Assembly (NCBI GenBank): GCA_002496355.1 | Contig: DAJP01000092.1 | Location: forward strand, 1-44,200 | Origin: Euryarchaeota archaeon UBA346 | GTDB taxonomy: Archaea; Thermoplasmatota; E2; DHVEG-1 | DNA length: 44,200 bases | Direction of reading: 5' to 3' | Shown: in pieces, positions 8,656-17,863 of the stretch | How positions within the stretch are numbered: position 1 is the first letter of the stretch | Layout: each line of letters starts with the position of its first letter | Made by a program: the position numbers and the translations under genes | The notes under the pieces: generated by a model | The model's database searches: none | What the model saw: the letters and a program-made list of their open reading frames with translations, nothing else | Told to the model about the DNA's origin: nothing

Positions 8656-9429
8656 TCATCGTCTCTGATTCCATTCCTTTGTCGAGAACGATTCATTTTC
8701 GAATTGCTTTGCCAGGTTTCGTTCCTCATCAGTTAATACACCCTCGATTAAATCGACATGGAATTCTTCCTCAAAACCACCCTTCATGGCACCAGCCACT
8801 TGTTTGAAACTTACTTCTTTTCCGAGGCAGTGACGAATCGACGTCACTCGTTGTTTGACGTCAGCGATGAGTTTGTCCTTGATCTTCTCATTTGGGACTT
8901 TCAGTAAAGAAAACATGGTGTCAACATCAACGTCCATTAGAACCGTCCCATGCTGCAGCACAGTCTTTAGTTTTCGTGTCTGAGCGTTCCCCGATATCTT
9001 TCGACCATCGGTCACGATATCGTTGATCGGGGCGTACTCACTACTGATCCCCAATTGTTGTAATCCTTTCATGACCGCTCCACAAACCCGAGCATAGCTT
9101 TTCAGGATGTTCTTAGGGATCGTCGGATGGGATTCAGCAATAACGATACTGTAGGTCAACTCTTTTTCATGGAACACCGCGCCTCCTCCCGTGATTCTGC
9201 GCACGTAATCAACACCAAGTCTATGACAGGCATTGATATCGATCTCCTCAACCAGGCTTTGAAAATACCCAATGGAGATCGCAGGGGGCGCCCAGCCATA
9301 GAAACGAACGGTGGGAGGCACTTTCTCGTTACTATGAGCGACAAGGATGGCTTTATCGATCGCCATGTTTGCAAACGCATTCGCATATCCTGTCTGAAGC
9401 AATCTCCATTGTTCGCTCATGAGACACAC
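8656..9429 (-). CDS. lplA: Lipoate-protein ligase, catalytic (N-terminal) subunit
   Basis: The 257 aa product has the motifs RRITGGGAVFHE and GRKISGNAQ (lipoyl-AMP lysine motif) and the BPL/LPL catalytic fold pattern. It lacks the C-terminal accessory domain, which is encoded by the upstream gene. Confidence 0.88.
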   Translation of the reverse strand: MCLMSEQWRLLQTGYANAFANMAIDKAILVAHSNEKVPPTVRFYGWAPPAISIGYFQSLVEEIDINACHRLGVDYVRRITGGGAVFHEKELTYSIVIAESHPTIPKNILKSYARVCGAVMKGLQQLGISSEYAPINDIVTDGRKISGNAQTRKLKTVLQHGTVLMDVDVDTMFSLLKVPNEKIKDKLIADVKQRVTSIRHCLGKEVSFKQVAGAMKGGFEEEFHVDLIEGVLTDEERNLAKQFENESFSTKEWNQRR

Positions 9430-9710
9430 ATCATAATCCCTTGGGCCAGGGATTCTGCATTCAGTCCAATAAATTCAATATGATACTTGGAGATAACGGA
9501 TGAGATCTGCTCCTGCAGCTCTTTTCGCTCAAGACAGATATTTTTTAGTTTTTTCTCCAGATGCTCGAGTGCTTCTTCAGGATATACGAAAAAATCACCG
9601 GTGATGCGGATATTGGTGATCACGTTCTTGGTTTCATCGTAGTCTAAGGTGATTTTCAGTAGCTTGCCCTGGGGCACCTTATAGATGGAGCGGGATTGCA
9701 TATGACTCAT
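9417..9710 (-). CDS. lplB: Lipoate-protein ligase accessory (C-terminal domain) subunit
   Basis: The 97 aa product contains KVPQGKLLKITLDYDE..ITNIRITGDFFVYPEEALEHLEKKL, the pattern of the LplA C-terminal domain. This domain is a separate polypeptide in Thermoplasma-type bipartite ligases. The gene overlaps the lplA start by 13 nt. Confidence 0.75.
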   Translation of the reverse strand: MSHMQSRSIYKVPQGKLLKITLDYDETKNVITNIRITGDFFVYPEEALEHLEKKLKNICLERKELQEQISSVISKYHIEFIGLNAESLAQGIMMCVS

Positions 9711-9756
9711 CTGTATTTGCTTGTCTTTTTAAAACGTTCCCACCAGTATCAGCGAA

Positions 9757-10602
9757 TCACAACAAAGCGTTTTGTGCATGGTACGAGCTTCGTACGAGTG
9801 GCCCTGATTCGACATGCGTAAAACCAAGCTGAACAGCAGCATTTTTCAGCTGTAAAAACTCATCCGGGGTATAGTATTTTTTTACTGGTGCATGCGTTGA
9901 GGTCGGCTGAAGGTACTGTCCAATGGTTAAGAAATCCACCTGTGCATCTCGCAAATCACGCAGTGTCGTAAGGATTTGTTCTGTGGATTCACCAAGTCCT
10001 ATCATAAGACCGGATTTCGATGGGATGTCTTTTGCCTTCGTCTTAATAATCTTCAGTACCTGTAAACTGCGTTGATAGTTCCCTTGGGGCCGCATATGGG
10101 GGAACAACTCTTCGACCACCTCAATATTGTGGTTGATGACGTCAGGGGTTGCATCAATCACGGTTTGTAATGCTGTTTCATCTCCATTGAAATCGGGGAT
10201 GAGCACCTCGATGTGACAGTCGCAATTGACCTGCCGTATGGCTCGTACGGTCTTAGAAAAAACGCTTGCTCCACCATCCAGGAGATCATCCCGTGTCACC
10301 GATGTCACCACAACATATTTCAAACCAAGGGTTCGAACGCTTTCTGCGACATCTTCTGGTTCCGTGTCGTTCAAGGGACCTGTTGGCCCATGGGAAACAT
10401 TACAGTACCTGCAATGTCTGGTGCAGGTGTCTCCAAGGAGGAGAAAGACAGCGGTGCCGCTGCCGAAACACTCAGCGATATTTGGGCATTTTGCCTCCTC
10501 GCATATCGTATGTAGCTTTGTGGACCGTAGCAACGTTTTTACTTTTGAATAATTTTCTCCACTGCCGATCCGTACTTTGAGCCAATCTGGATGTCGTCTC
10601 AT
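9757..10602 (-). CDS. lipA: Lipoyl synthase
   Basis: The product has CEEAKCPNIAECF (auxiliary-cluster CX4CX5C), CTRHCRYCNV (radical SAM CX3CX2C) and the C-terminal RSSY motif. Confidence 0.93.
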   Translation of the reverse strand: MRRHPDWLKVRIGSGENYSKVKTLLRSTKLHTICEEAKCPNIAECFGSGTAVFLLLGDTCTRHCRYCNVSHGPTGPLNDTEPEDVAESVRTLGLKYVVVTSVTRDDLLDGGASVFSKTVRAIRQVNCDCHIEVLIPDFNGDETALQTVIDATPDVINHNIEVVEELFPHMRPQGNYQRSLQVLKIIKTKAKDIPSKSGLMIGLGESTEQILTTLRDLRDAQVDFLTIGQYLQPTSTHAPVKKYYTPDEFLQLKNAAVQLGFTHVESGPLVRSSYHAQNALL

Positions 10603-11855
10603 ACGCCCATCGTCACCCGTAACAGATCCCGTAACCCGGGGGAGATACCCAGGATGAAAATACCGATTTTCAGCAGGTTGACGAACCGGGAATACCGTTC
10701 CAGTTCTTTTTTATACAAGATGTCAAAGACATAGATCACCAGGATAATGAGAAGGAATTTCACAATCGGGAACAGTGGGGGCCATGCCTCCATCAGACTA
10801 TTTGACGCTGGGTGTTTCTCGATATACGAGGGCAACCCCATCTGCAGGGGATCATAAATGCTCACGTAGCTGGTGATCCCATCGATCAGATGACCAGCGA
10901 TCATCGAGAGATTCAATGGGTGTGTATACATCGCAAAACGCTCGCTTTTCCGGTTTTTCCAAGCAACCAGATACACTGCAGACACAATGAGACTGACCAG
11001 CCCGATGACTAGGAGTAAGACATTGACGTAGGTACCGTATGCCTGGCTCCATTGATCCCCTAGTATCCATCGTCCTATCAGGAAAAAACAGGGGAGTACG
11101 ACCAGGAGCCCGCCGGAGAACACAACCGTGTTAATCGTGATGGTCTGTTTTCTCAGGAACCGATACAGGAATGGAAGATACGCAAGAAAAGAAAGGCCGT
11201 AAAAGAACACCGGCTCGATAGTAGTGACTCCGAAATCGAATCCTAGAGCCCAAAGTACCGTGTAAAATCCATCAAAGAGAACAAATACAAGGAGAAGAAG
11301 GATGAGTGTTTTCCTCGGAGATACGACTTTTTTTTTTAGGAAATATCCAAGGATGAGGAAAATCAACACAAAGAATGTTGTCTGAAAATAAATCAGTGGT
11401 GAGATAAACCAGAACACGTATGGTTCGACAAAAAAGTTCGTGTCCTCCAACACACGGGTCACGGGACCAAACAGGATATAAGGGAGCAACGCCAGGCAGA
11501 AATACCAATCAATCCGGATATCTAGTTTCTTGAGTAATTTGTATAACCCAAAGAGAGCGCATACAAGGATAATCCCATACGTAAGCTCAGAAATCAACGT
11601 GTATCCTTCTTGTGCTACGACACCATGATAGGAGACCGAATGGCCAGTCGCATCAGCAACCACGGGTCCCCAGTAATACTTCCAGATCCATTGGTCATAC
11701 ACAAGGGTTGGTGCGAGCAGGTAGCCGATGATGATGCAGACAAGGATCCCTAGAAAAATAACGAGGGGGAGGATTGTTCGTTGTCGTGCTGTAAAATGTG
11801 GAAATTTCATGTGCTCAGGGTTAAGAAAATAACCATATATTAATCTACCCGCCAT
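10599..11855 (-). CDS. DUF63-family polytopic membrane protein
   Basis: The 418 aa product has about 10 TM helices. The stretches LISELTYGIILVCALFGLYKLLKKLDIRID..LALLPYILFGPVTRVLED and HPLNLSMIAGHLIDGITSYVSI...EKHPASN...FPIVKFLLIILVIY resemble the archaeal DUF63 pattern. Its TGA overlaps the lipA ATG (ATGA). Confidence 0.6.
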   Translation of the reverse strand: MAGRLIYGYFLNPEHMKFPHFTARQRTILPLVIFLGILVCIIIGYLLAPTLVYDQWIWKYYWGPVVADATGHSVSYHGVVAQEGYTLISELTYGIILVCALFGLYKLLKKLDIRIDWYFCLALLPYILFGPVTRVLEDTNFFVEPYVFWFISPLIYFQTTFFVLIFLILGYFLKKKVVSPRKTLILLLLVFVLFDGFYTVLWALGFDFGVTTIEPVFFYGLSFLAYLPFLYRFLRKQTITINTVVFSGGLLVVLPCFFLIGRWILGDQWSQAYGTYVNVLLLVIGLVSLIVSAVYLVAWKNRKSERFAMYTHPLNLSMIAGHLIDGITSYVSIYDPLQMGLPSYIEKHPASNSLMEAWPPLFPIVKFLLIILVIYVFDILYKKELERYSRFVNLLKIGIFILGISPGLRDLLRVTMGV

Positions 11856-11915
11856 GAGAAAGCGAATAACAATTATTATAAAGGAAAAATATTATCTATA
11901 CTATAGGGGAATCCT

Positions 11916-13019
11916 ATGAAGAATACTCTTCCAATTCTTTGTGTCATGCTCTTGGTATTACCAGTTGTTTCTGTAAATGCGATGGGGACCAGGTCCATTG
12001 GACAGGAAGCACTGTTACCTCCTGCATTCAGTTGGCGGAACATCAACGGAACTGATTTTACAACACCTGTGAAAGATCAGTCCCCTGCACCAACCTGCGA
12101 AGCGTTTGGGCTTGTGGCGGCTTTAGAGACAAAGATGCAATACCAACTCGGGGAATTGTATAACCCTGATTTGTCAGAAAATCACTTGTATTTCTATGCG
12201 GGAGGATCCATTGAAGAAGGATGGGTCAACATCGTTGATGCAGCTAATTATCTCATAGAGCATGGCGTCCCAGATGAGGGGTGCTACCCTGATCCGCACC
12301 GGCCATTCGATTATCCATTTGAAAGCCTTCGGGGGTGGGAGAACCGAACCGTGAAAATCACGAACTGGAGTTGGGTCGACCATGATGTTACCACAATGAA
12401 ACAAGCGTTAATCGACCATGGGCCGTTGATTATCTGTATCCATTTCTGGCAGGATTTCTTCTATTATTTCGGAGGAGTATACAAAAACCATGCGGGAGAT
12501 TATGCGGGTGGTCATGTCGTCACCATCGTTGGATACGATGATAGCAAAAGCTGCTGGATTGTAAAGAACAGCTGGGGTACAAAATGGGGAGAAAAAGGCT
12601 ATTTCCGGATGGCTTATGACGCAGACATGCTAGCCACTTGGTATGGTCCAGGCACAGGGGTGATGTATTTGGATGGAGTTTATGGGAACCTTAAACCAGA
12701 CGCCCCGAAAGTCTACATAGAGAAACCAGACTATTCTCACAGCTATTTTTTCGGCATTGGACTACCGATCCTTATAAAAAATGTGTCGATCCAGAAAGCA
12801 GCTGCTCGTATCTTCGGACCACTCACGGTCAGGGTGACAACGCAGGATACTACCTCCGTGGAATTCTTTATCGATGATATGTCTCAATATGTTGACACCG
12901 AGGCACCATTCTCCTGGAAGCTTGATACAACCAGAGGCTTACATACCCTCATGGTTGAAGCGACCAATGACCAGAATGTCTCCTCCCTTGACATACAAGA
13001 CATCTACGTGATATTCTAG
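11916..13019 (+). CDS. Secreted papain-like (C1 family) cysteine peptidase with a C-terminal Ig-like module
   Basis: There is a signal peptide (MKNTLPILCVMLLVLPVVSVNA). The catalytic residues are Gln/Cys in KDQSPAPTCEAFG, His in AGGHVVTIVGYDD and Asn in VKNSWGTKWGEKGYF. The last roughly 100 aa form a separate beta-rich module. Confidence 0.85.
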   Translation: MKNTLPILCVMLLVLPVVSVNAMGTRSIGQEALLPPAFSWRNINGTDFTTPVKDQSPAPTCEAFGLVAALETKMQYQLGELYNPDLSENHLYFYAGGSIEEGWVNIVDAANYLIEHGVPDEGCYPDPHRPFDYPFESLRGWENRTVKITNWSWVDHDVTTMKQALIDHGPLIICIHFWQDFFYYFGGVYKNHAGDYAGGHVVTIVGYDDSKSCWIVKNSWGTKWGEKGYFRMAYDADMLATWYGPGTGVMYLDGVYGNLKPDAPKVYIEKPDYSHSYFFGIGLPILIKNVSIQKAAARIFGPLTVRVTTQDTTSVEFFIDDMSQYVDTEAPFSWKLDTTRGLHTLMVEATNDQNVSSLDIQDIYVIF

Positions 13020-13135
13020 GTCGTCCAGATGGTTTACATTCAAAAGCTAAAATCTCCTTATAAAGGGTTAATAAAGTATAGAGGAGACCACTAAGAAAAG
13101 ATAATAAACATGTAGTTTACTCCCCTAGGTCCAAT

Positions 13136-14230
13136 ATGGAGCGATTTACTAAATTCAAAACGATGATTTTCCCCAGGGAAGTCATCGTTGGTCATAATAC
13201 AACAGATCAGATCAAAGGAATCTGCAATCACCTGGCAACAAGTAACAATGTGTTGCTGGTCTGCGATAAGAACACCAAGAAGATATCTGGCGACCGCATC
13301 GAGAAGATACTTGCAGGAGCCGGTTATGACGTCAACATGGTTGTCCTGTCATTACCTCTGATAAAAAGAGACGTGCTTCCAGCATGGCCGACAATACGCG
13401 AAGTCAACACCGTGGTGAAGGAAGCGAAACGAACAGGCTCAGATTTCCTCCTAGGTGTTGGCGGAGGCTCTGTTATAGACGTCACAAAATGCGCCACCTA
13501 CGAGCTCTCTACAAATTTTGTCAGTGTTCCAACGTCTGCGTCCCATGACGGGATGGCATCCCCTCGTGCCGCACTCAAAGACAAGAAAGGATCCATCTCA
13601 AAAAGCGCGGTTTCTCCCATAGCTGTGCTGGCCGACACCGCAGTCATCATGAGAGCACCCTATCGGATGCTTGCCTCAGGATGCGCTGATGTGATATCGA
13701 ATCTCACCGCGGTGAAAGACTGGGAGCTTGCCAATCGTTTAAAGGATGAAGAATTTAGTACCTTTGCCGCATCACTCTCCATGACATCCTCTCAACTGCT
13801 GCTCGATAAGGCGGAGGATATCCGCACAGGCCTTGAAGAAGCGATCTGGCAGGCGATCAAATGCATGGTCGTCTCAGGGGTCGCGATGAGTGTCGCAGGA
13901 AACACACGGCCCGCCTCTGGTGCTGAACATATGTTCTCCCATATGCTTGATTCTATCGCACCAGGGAAAGCATTGCATGGGGAACAATGTGGGGTCGGTT
14001 CCATCATGATGATGTACCTGCATGGCGGAGACTGGGAGCAGATACGTGATGCGTTGAAAATGATTGGGTCACCAACCACCGCAAAAGAACTCAACATCCC
14101 AAAGAAAAAAATAATCCAGGCTCTGATGGGTGCACAGAAGATACGCCCTGATAGATACACTATTCTTGGTGAGCTTGGATTAACCGAGGATGCTGCGAAG
14201 AAGCTGGCGAAGATAACCGGAGTGATTTAA
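13136..14230 (+). CDS. egsA: sn-glycerol-1-phosphate dehydrogenase
   Basis: The 364 aa product has GVGGGSVIDVTK, SVPTSASHDGMASP and GAEHMFSHML...HGEQCG metal-binding histidines. This is the archaeal G1PDH pattern and a hallmark of archaeal lipid synthesis. Confidence 0.9.
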   Translation: MERFTKFKTMIFPREVIVGHNTTDQIKGICNHLATSNNVLLVCDKNTKKISGDRIEKILAGAGYDVNMVVLSLPLIKRDVLPAWPTIREVNTVVKEAKRTGSDFLLGVGGGSVIDVTKCATYELSTNFVSVPTSASHDGMASPRAALKDKKGSISKSAVSPIAVLADTAVIMRAPYRMLASGCADVISNLTAVKDWELANRLKDEEFSTFAASLSMTSSQLLLDKAEDIRTGLEEAIWQAIKCMVVSGVAMSVAGNTRPASGAEHMFSHMLDSIAPGKALHGEQCGVGSIMMMYLHGGDWEQIRDALKMIGSPTTAKELNIPKKKIIQALMGAQKIRPDRYTILGELGLTEDAAKKLAKITGVI

Positions 14231-14658
14231 TGGTCCTGGTGACGCTTGTTGGGGAACAACTCGCTGTCGAAGGACAAGAATTCGTCTACCTTGGTTCGAA
14301 CAGCGAATGTCGTAACTGTCAACTGAAAACAGTCTGCTTCAACCTCAAACCAGGGAGGAATTACCGGATCACCAAGTTACGGGATAAATTCCATGAATGT
14401 AACATCCATGAAGGAAAAGTAATTGTCGTGGAAGTCGAAGAACTTCCGTTAACGGTCGCTGTTTCACAGCAACCTTCCGAAGGAGCAACCACGATCATTG
14501 AAAAGAAAGATTGCAGGGACATCGGATGCGATTCCTTTGCCATCTGTACCACCACAGCGCTTCAGAACGGGAAAACCTATACTATACGGAAGGTGTATGA
14601 AAAACTAACCTGCCCGAAGAAATATGAGTTATACAAAGTGGATGTCTCAGATTCATAA
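14230..14658 (+). CDS. UPF0179-family protein
   Basis: The 142 aa product reads VTLVGEQLAVEGQEFVYLGSNSECRNCQLKTVCFNLKPGRNYRITKLRD..HECNIHEGKVIVVEVEE, matching the conserved archaeal UPF0179 pattern. Its start overlaps the egsA stop (TAATG). Confidence 0.75.
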   Translation: MVLVTLVGEQLAVEGQEFVYLGSNSECRNCQLKTVCFNLKPGRNYRITKLRDKFHECNIHEGKVIVVEVEELPLTVAVSQQPSEGATTIIEKKDCRDIGCDSFAICTTTALQNGKTYTIRKVYEKLTCPKKYELYKVDVSDS

Positions 14659-14709
14659 CAAAGAACCCTGTCCACCAGGTTTCAGAAAAAAAGGAGAAAT
14701 AATGAGGCG

Positions 14710-15879
14710 TTAGATCTTTGCCTCAGTTTTTATTAGTTTTACTTTATCGGTTTTTTCCCAGGTGAAATCAGGTTCCTCTCGTCCGAAATGACCATACGCA
14801 GCCGTGTTTTTGAAGATCGGTCGACGAAGGTCAAGTTGACTGATGATATCAGCGGGTCGAATCGGGAAGAATTCCCTGATGAGTTTTTCAATAGCATCTA
14901 GAGAGATCTTGTTTGTACCAAAACAATCGATGTTGATGGACACAGGCTCTGCTACACCAATGGCATAGGCGAACTGGATCTCACATTTCTCTGCGATCCC
15001 CGAAGCGACGATGTTTTTTGCGATATACCGTGTCGCATATGCTGCACTCCGATCTACTTTTGTCGGGTCTTTCCCAGAGAACGCACCACCACCATGTCTT
15101 CCAATACCACCGTAGGTATCAACAATGATTTTTCGTCCCGTAAGACCAGCATCAGCATAGGGTCCTCCACGGACAAATGCTCCGGTGGGGTTGACATGGA
15201 AAATCGTATCCTTATCGATCCATTCGTTGCAGACCGGTTTGATGACTGTCTCAATGACATCTTTTCGTATCCGGTCATGGGCAACGCCACCATCATGCTG
15301 GGTGGAGACCACAATCGTATGAGCCCGGAGTGGTTTTCCTTTTTCATCGTATTCAATGGAAACCTGTGATTTCCCATCCGGTCTAAGGTAGGAGATTCGA
15401 TTGGTTTTCCTCATCTCAGACAATCGTTTGGTGAGTTTATGAGCAAGCAGGATTGGTAATGGCATGAATTCCTTGGTTTCATTGCAGGCGTACCCGTACA
15501 TCATACCCTGGTCGCCAGCTCCTTGCTCCTTATGCAATCCTTTTCCAGCGGTAACACCTTGAGAGATGTCTGGGCTTTGTTCGGTGATTTGGACCCATAC
15601 GGAGCAGGTTTCCCACTCAATGCCGTATTCTGATTTTGTGTATCCGATTCCTTTGATGGTATCACGAACAATGTGAGGAATGTCGATGTAGGCGTCTGTG
15701 GTCATTTCACCAAAGACCATGACACCTCCGTTCTTTGTTCCAGTTTCGACTGCGACCCGTGAGTTTTTATCCTGCCGGAGCGCCTCATCGAGGATCGCAT
15801 CAGAGATCAAATCGCACATTTTATCGGGATGTCCTTCAGTGACGGATTCAGAACTTATGATACTTTTTCGTTTTGTCAT
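14710..15879 (-). CDS. metK: S-adenosylmethionine synthetase, bacterial/eukaryotic MetK type
   Basis: The 389 aa product has [34 protein letters not shown] and [19 protein letters not shown]. These are the canonical MetK signatures rather than the divergent archaeal MAT class. Confidence 0.95.
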   Translation of the reverse strand: MTKRKSIISSESVTEGHPDKMCDLISDAILDEALRQDKNSRVAVETGTKNGGVMVFGEMTTDAYIDIPHIVRDTIKGIGYTKSEYGIEWETCSVWVQITEQSPDISQGVTAGKGLHKEQGAGDQGMMYGYACNETKEFMPLPILLAHKLTKRLSEMRKTNRISYLRPDGKSQVSIEYDEKGKPLRAHTIVVSTQHDGGVAHDRIRKDVIETVIKPVCNEWIDKDTIFHVNPTGAFVRGGPYADAGLTGRKIIVDTYGGIGRHGGGAFSGKDPTKVDRSAAYATRYIAKNIVASGIAEKCEIQFAYAIGVAEPVSINIDCFGTNKISLDAIEKLIREFFPIRPADIISQLDLRRPIFKNTAAYGHFGREEPDFTWEKTDKVKLIKTEAKI

Positions 15880-15996
15880 ATCTTCACCTAGTAAAGAACC
15901 TCGTATTTAGGAATTCCACAACCAGAAGGAATTTATTAAGTTTATCAAAGAGGAACCGGTTGGTGAAAAAAAAAGGAAAAAGAGACGGGAGTCGCT

Positions 15997-16413
15997 TTAC
16001 CCTATTTTTCTTGTGGTCGTCCACATGTCGTCTTCGATGGTGTTGTAGATGTCGTCATCGGAGACATTCTTCGGTTGTCTTTTATCCACAAGAAGAGCAC
16101 TTCTTTCCGAGCCGTTTTCTTTCGAGTAGCGGGCTATTGTGTCTTTTTTGAGGCGCCAGTAATGGGTACGCCATTCCCGGCCATCATATAACGTGGTTTC
16201 TTCCCGCTCGGTCGTTAACATCCCCTCTTCTTCGAGGATGTAGAAGAGCTGTCGGTCTTCAGGGTCTAAGACGTTGTCGATGACTCGGTCGTCAAAACCG
16301 AAGATATCCATGACAAATCCAGCGTCTCGTCGGGCTTCCTCGATGTCGATGCCGACACGATTGGCGATTGCTTTTGATAAATCATCGAGTGTAATAATAG
16401 TCATTAAAATCAT
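15997..16413 (-). CDS. Conserved-looking acidic hypothetical protein
   Basis: The 138 aa product reads ITLDDLSKAIANRVGIDIEEARRDAGFVMDIFGFDDRVIDNVLDPEDRQLFYILEEEGMLTTEREETTLYDGREWRTHYWRLK. The composition is clearly protein-like, but I recognised no catalytic motif. Confidence 0.6.
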   Translation of the reverse strand: MILMTIITLDDLSKAIANRVGIDIEEARRDAGFVMDIFGFDDRVIDNVLDPEDRQLFYILEEEGMLTTEREETTLYDGREWRTHYWRLKKDTIARYSKENGSERSALLVDKRQPKNVSDDDIYNTIEDDMWTTTRKIG

Positions 16414-16626
16414 CTTCCTTTTGTATTCTCATGTCTTTTTTCTTAAACTCGCTTCCTTCCATTGACTTTTATTGTCTTAAATTAATTCGCAATATATCTG
16501 TACGGACCTTCTATATATAATTTTCTCCATTTGGCAGGTTTTCCGTTGTTTTTTGAGTAAATAAAAGAAAATCTGGGAGTGTTATAGCTAAAATACCAGC
16601 TGCTTGATACTCTTGGTGGTGTGTGA

Positions 16627-17673
16627 ATGGAGCTTTCCCTTGAAAAACGTTTGTTACAGAGATTACTGAGTCTTGAGAGAAAGCAGTTGCCTGTATATCA
16701 TGTCGTCATGCTCCCAGATTTCTTTGTGGATCATTTTCTATATATTGATTCAGTGGAAACGATCTGTCAGGAGATGGAGAAAATCGCTCTTCAAGGTGGG
16801 GGAAACAGACCAGGGATTACCCAGCGGATCCAACAAGGGGGAAATGCTGCCAACACCGTCCTTGGTCTTGCGCGTCTTGGAATGAGTGCACATCTCATCT
16901 GTCGGACAAACTCTCTCGGCTTGCATCTGCTTCAGTTTTTCTTAGGAAAAAACGGTGTGGACCTTTCGGGGGTACATACCGAGGGAGATCTAGCGATGAC
17001 CACAGCCCTTGAGTTTCAGAAACCTCTTGCAAACATCATGATTGGAGACCCAGGATCGGTTGCCACGTTTTCGTATGATCATTTGAACGATCATGACCAT
17101 GAAATGATCTCGTCGGCTAACCTTGTCGGTGTGACGAACTGGAATCAGAATCGTTTCGGGACGGATCTTGCCAGCAAGGTGTTTGAACAGTCGAAAAAGC
17201 AGAATATTAAAACGTTCTTTGACACAGGCGATCCCTCTCCGCGGGTGCAGGAGATTCCTCTGCTGATGGAGAAAGTCCTGATGAATCATCAGTTGGACCT
17301 GTTCGGGTTAAATGAAAATGAACTCCGTTACTACAGTAAAAGCCCCTGCAGAACACAGACAGAGATGATATCTGCGTTAGAAACATTGAAAAAGGACATA
17401 CCAGCACGGGTTGATTTCCATACCGCTATGTTTTCTGCATCAGCTCAAGAGAAGGTCACAGTGGTACCGACCATTCCGCTTTCAGTCCGGTATCGGTCCA
17501 CCGGTGCAGGTGATGTCTGGAACGCTGCGAATATCTTTGCAGACCTCCTTGGATTTAATGATGATGAACGACTGTTGTTTGCAAACAATCTTGCTGGACA
17601 GTATATTTCATCACCAGATCCTCTTCCACCAACACTTGACATGGTCATTAATTTTATTAAAAACTCCATATAA
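16627..17673 (+). CDS. PfkB/ribokinase-family carbohydrate or nucleoside kinase
   Basis: The 348 aa product has GGNAANTVLGLARLG near the N-terminus and the C-terminal STGAGDVWNAA (GAGD anion-hole/catalytic Asp motif). Confidence 0.75.
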   Translation: MELSLEKRLLQRLLSLERKQLPVYHVVMLPDFFVDHFLYIDSVETICQEMEKIALQGGGNRPGITQRIQQGGNAANTVLGLARLGMSAHLICRTNSLGLHLLQFFLGKNGVDLSGVHTEGDLAMTTALEFQKPLANIMIGDPGSVATFSYDHLNDHDHEMISSANLVGVTNWNQNRFGTDLASKVFEQSKKQNIKTFFDTGDPSPRVQEIPLLMEKVLMNHQLDLFGLNENELRYYSKSPCRTQTEMISALETLKKDIPARVDFHTAMFSASAQEKVTVVPTIPLSVRYRSTGAGDVWNAANIFADLLGFNDDERLLFANNLAGQYISSPDPLPPTLDMVINFIKNSI

Positions 17674-17791
17674 ATTAACATTTTTTCTCAATAATAATTC
17701 TATTTAACTCAGAGATTTATAGGAAGGTTTTTATACAAAATATATTAATTCTATAAAAAAATTTATATACTATCTCTCCTTATCAATTTCC

Positions 17792-17852
17792 AGAATGGGG
17801 GAGGCAAAATTTTTTTTAATCTCTCCTCACCACCTTCAAACTTCCCCATTCT
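17792..17852. other. Stem-loop (9 bp stem AGAATGGGG / CCCCATTCT, roughly 43 nt loop) in a convergent intergenic region
   Basis: Positions 17792-17800 are the exact reverse complement of 17844-17852. The loop contains a T8 run, and three CTCTCCT copies lie within 80 bp. This could be a terminator structure shared by the PfkB and HD genes. Confidence 0.3.
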
Positions 17853-17863
17853 CTCCTTATTCG

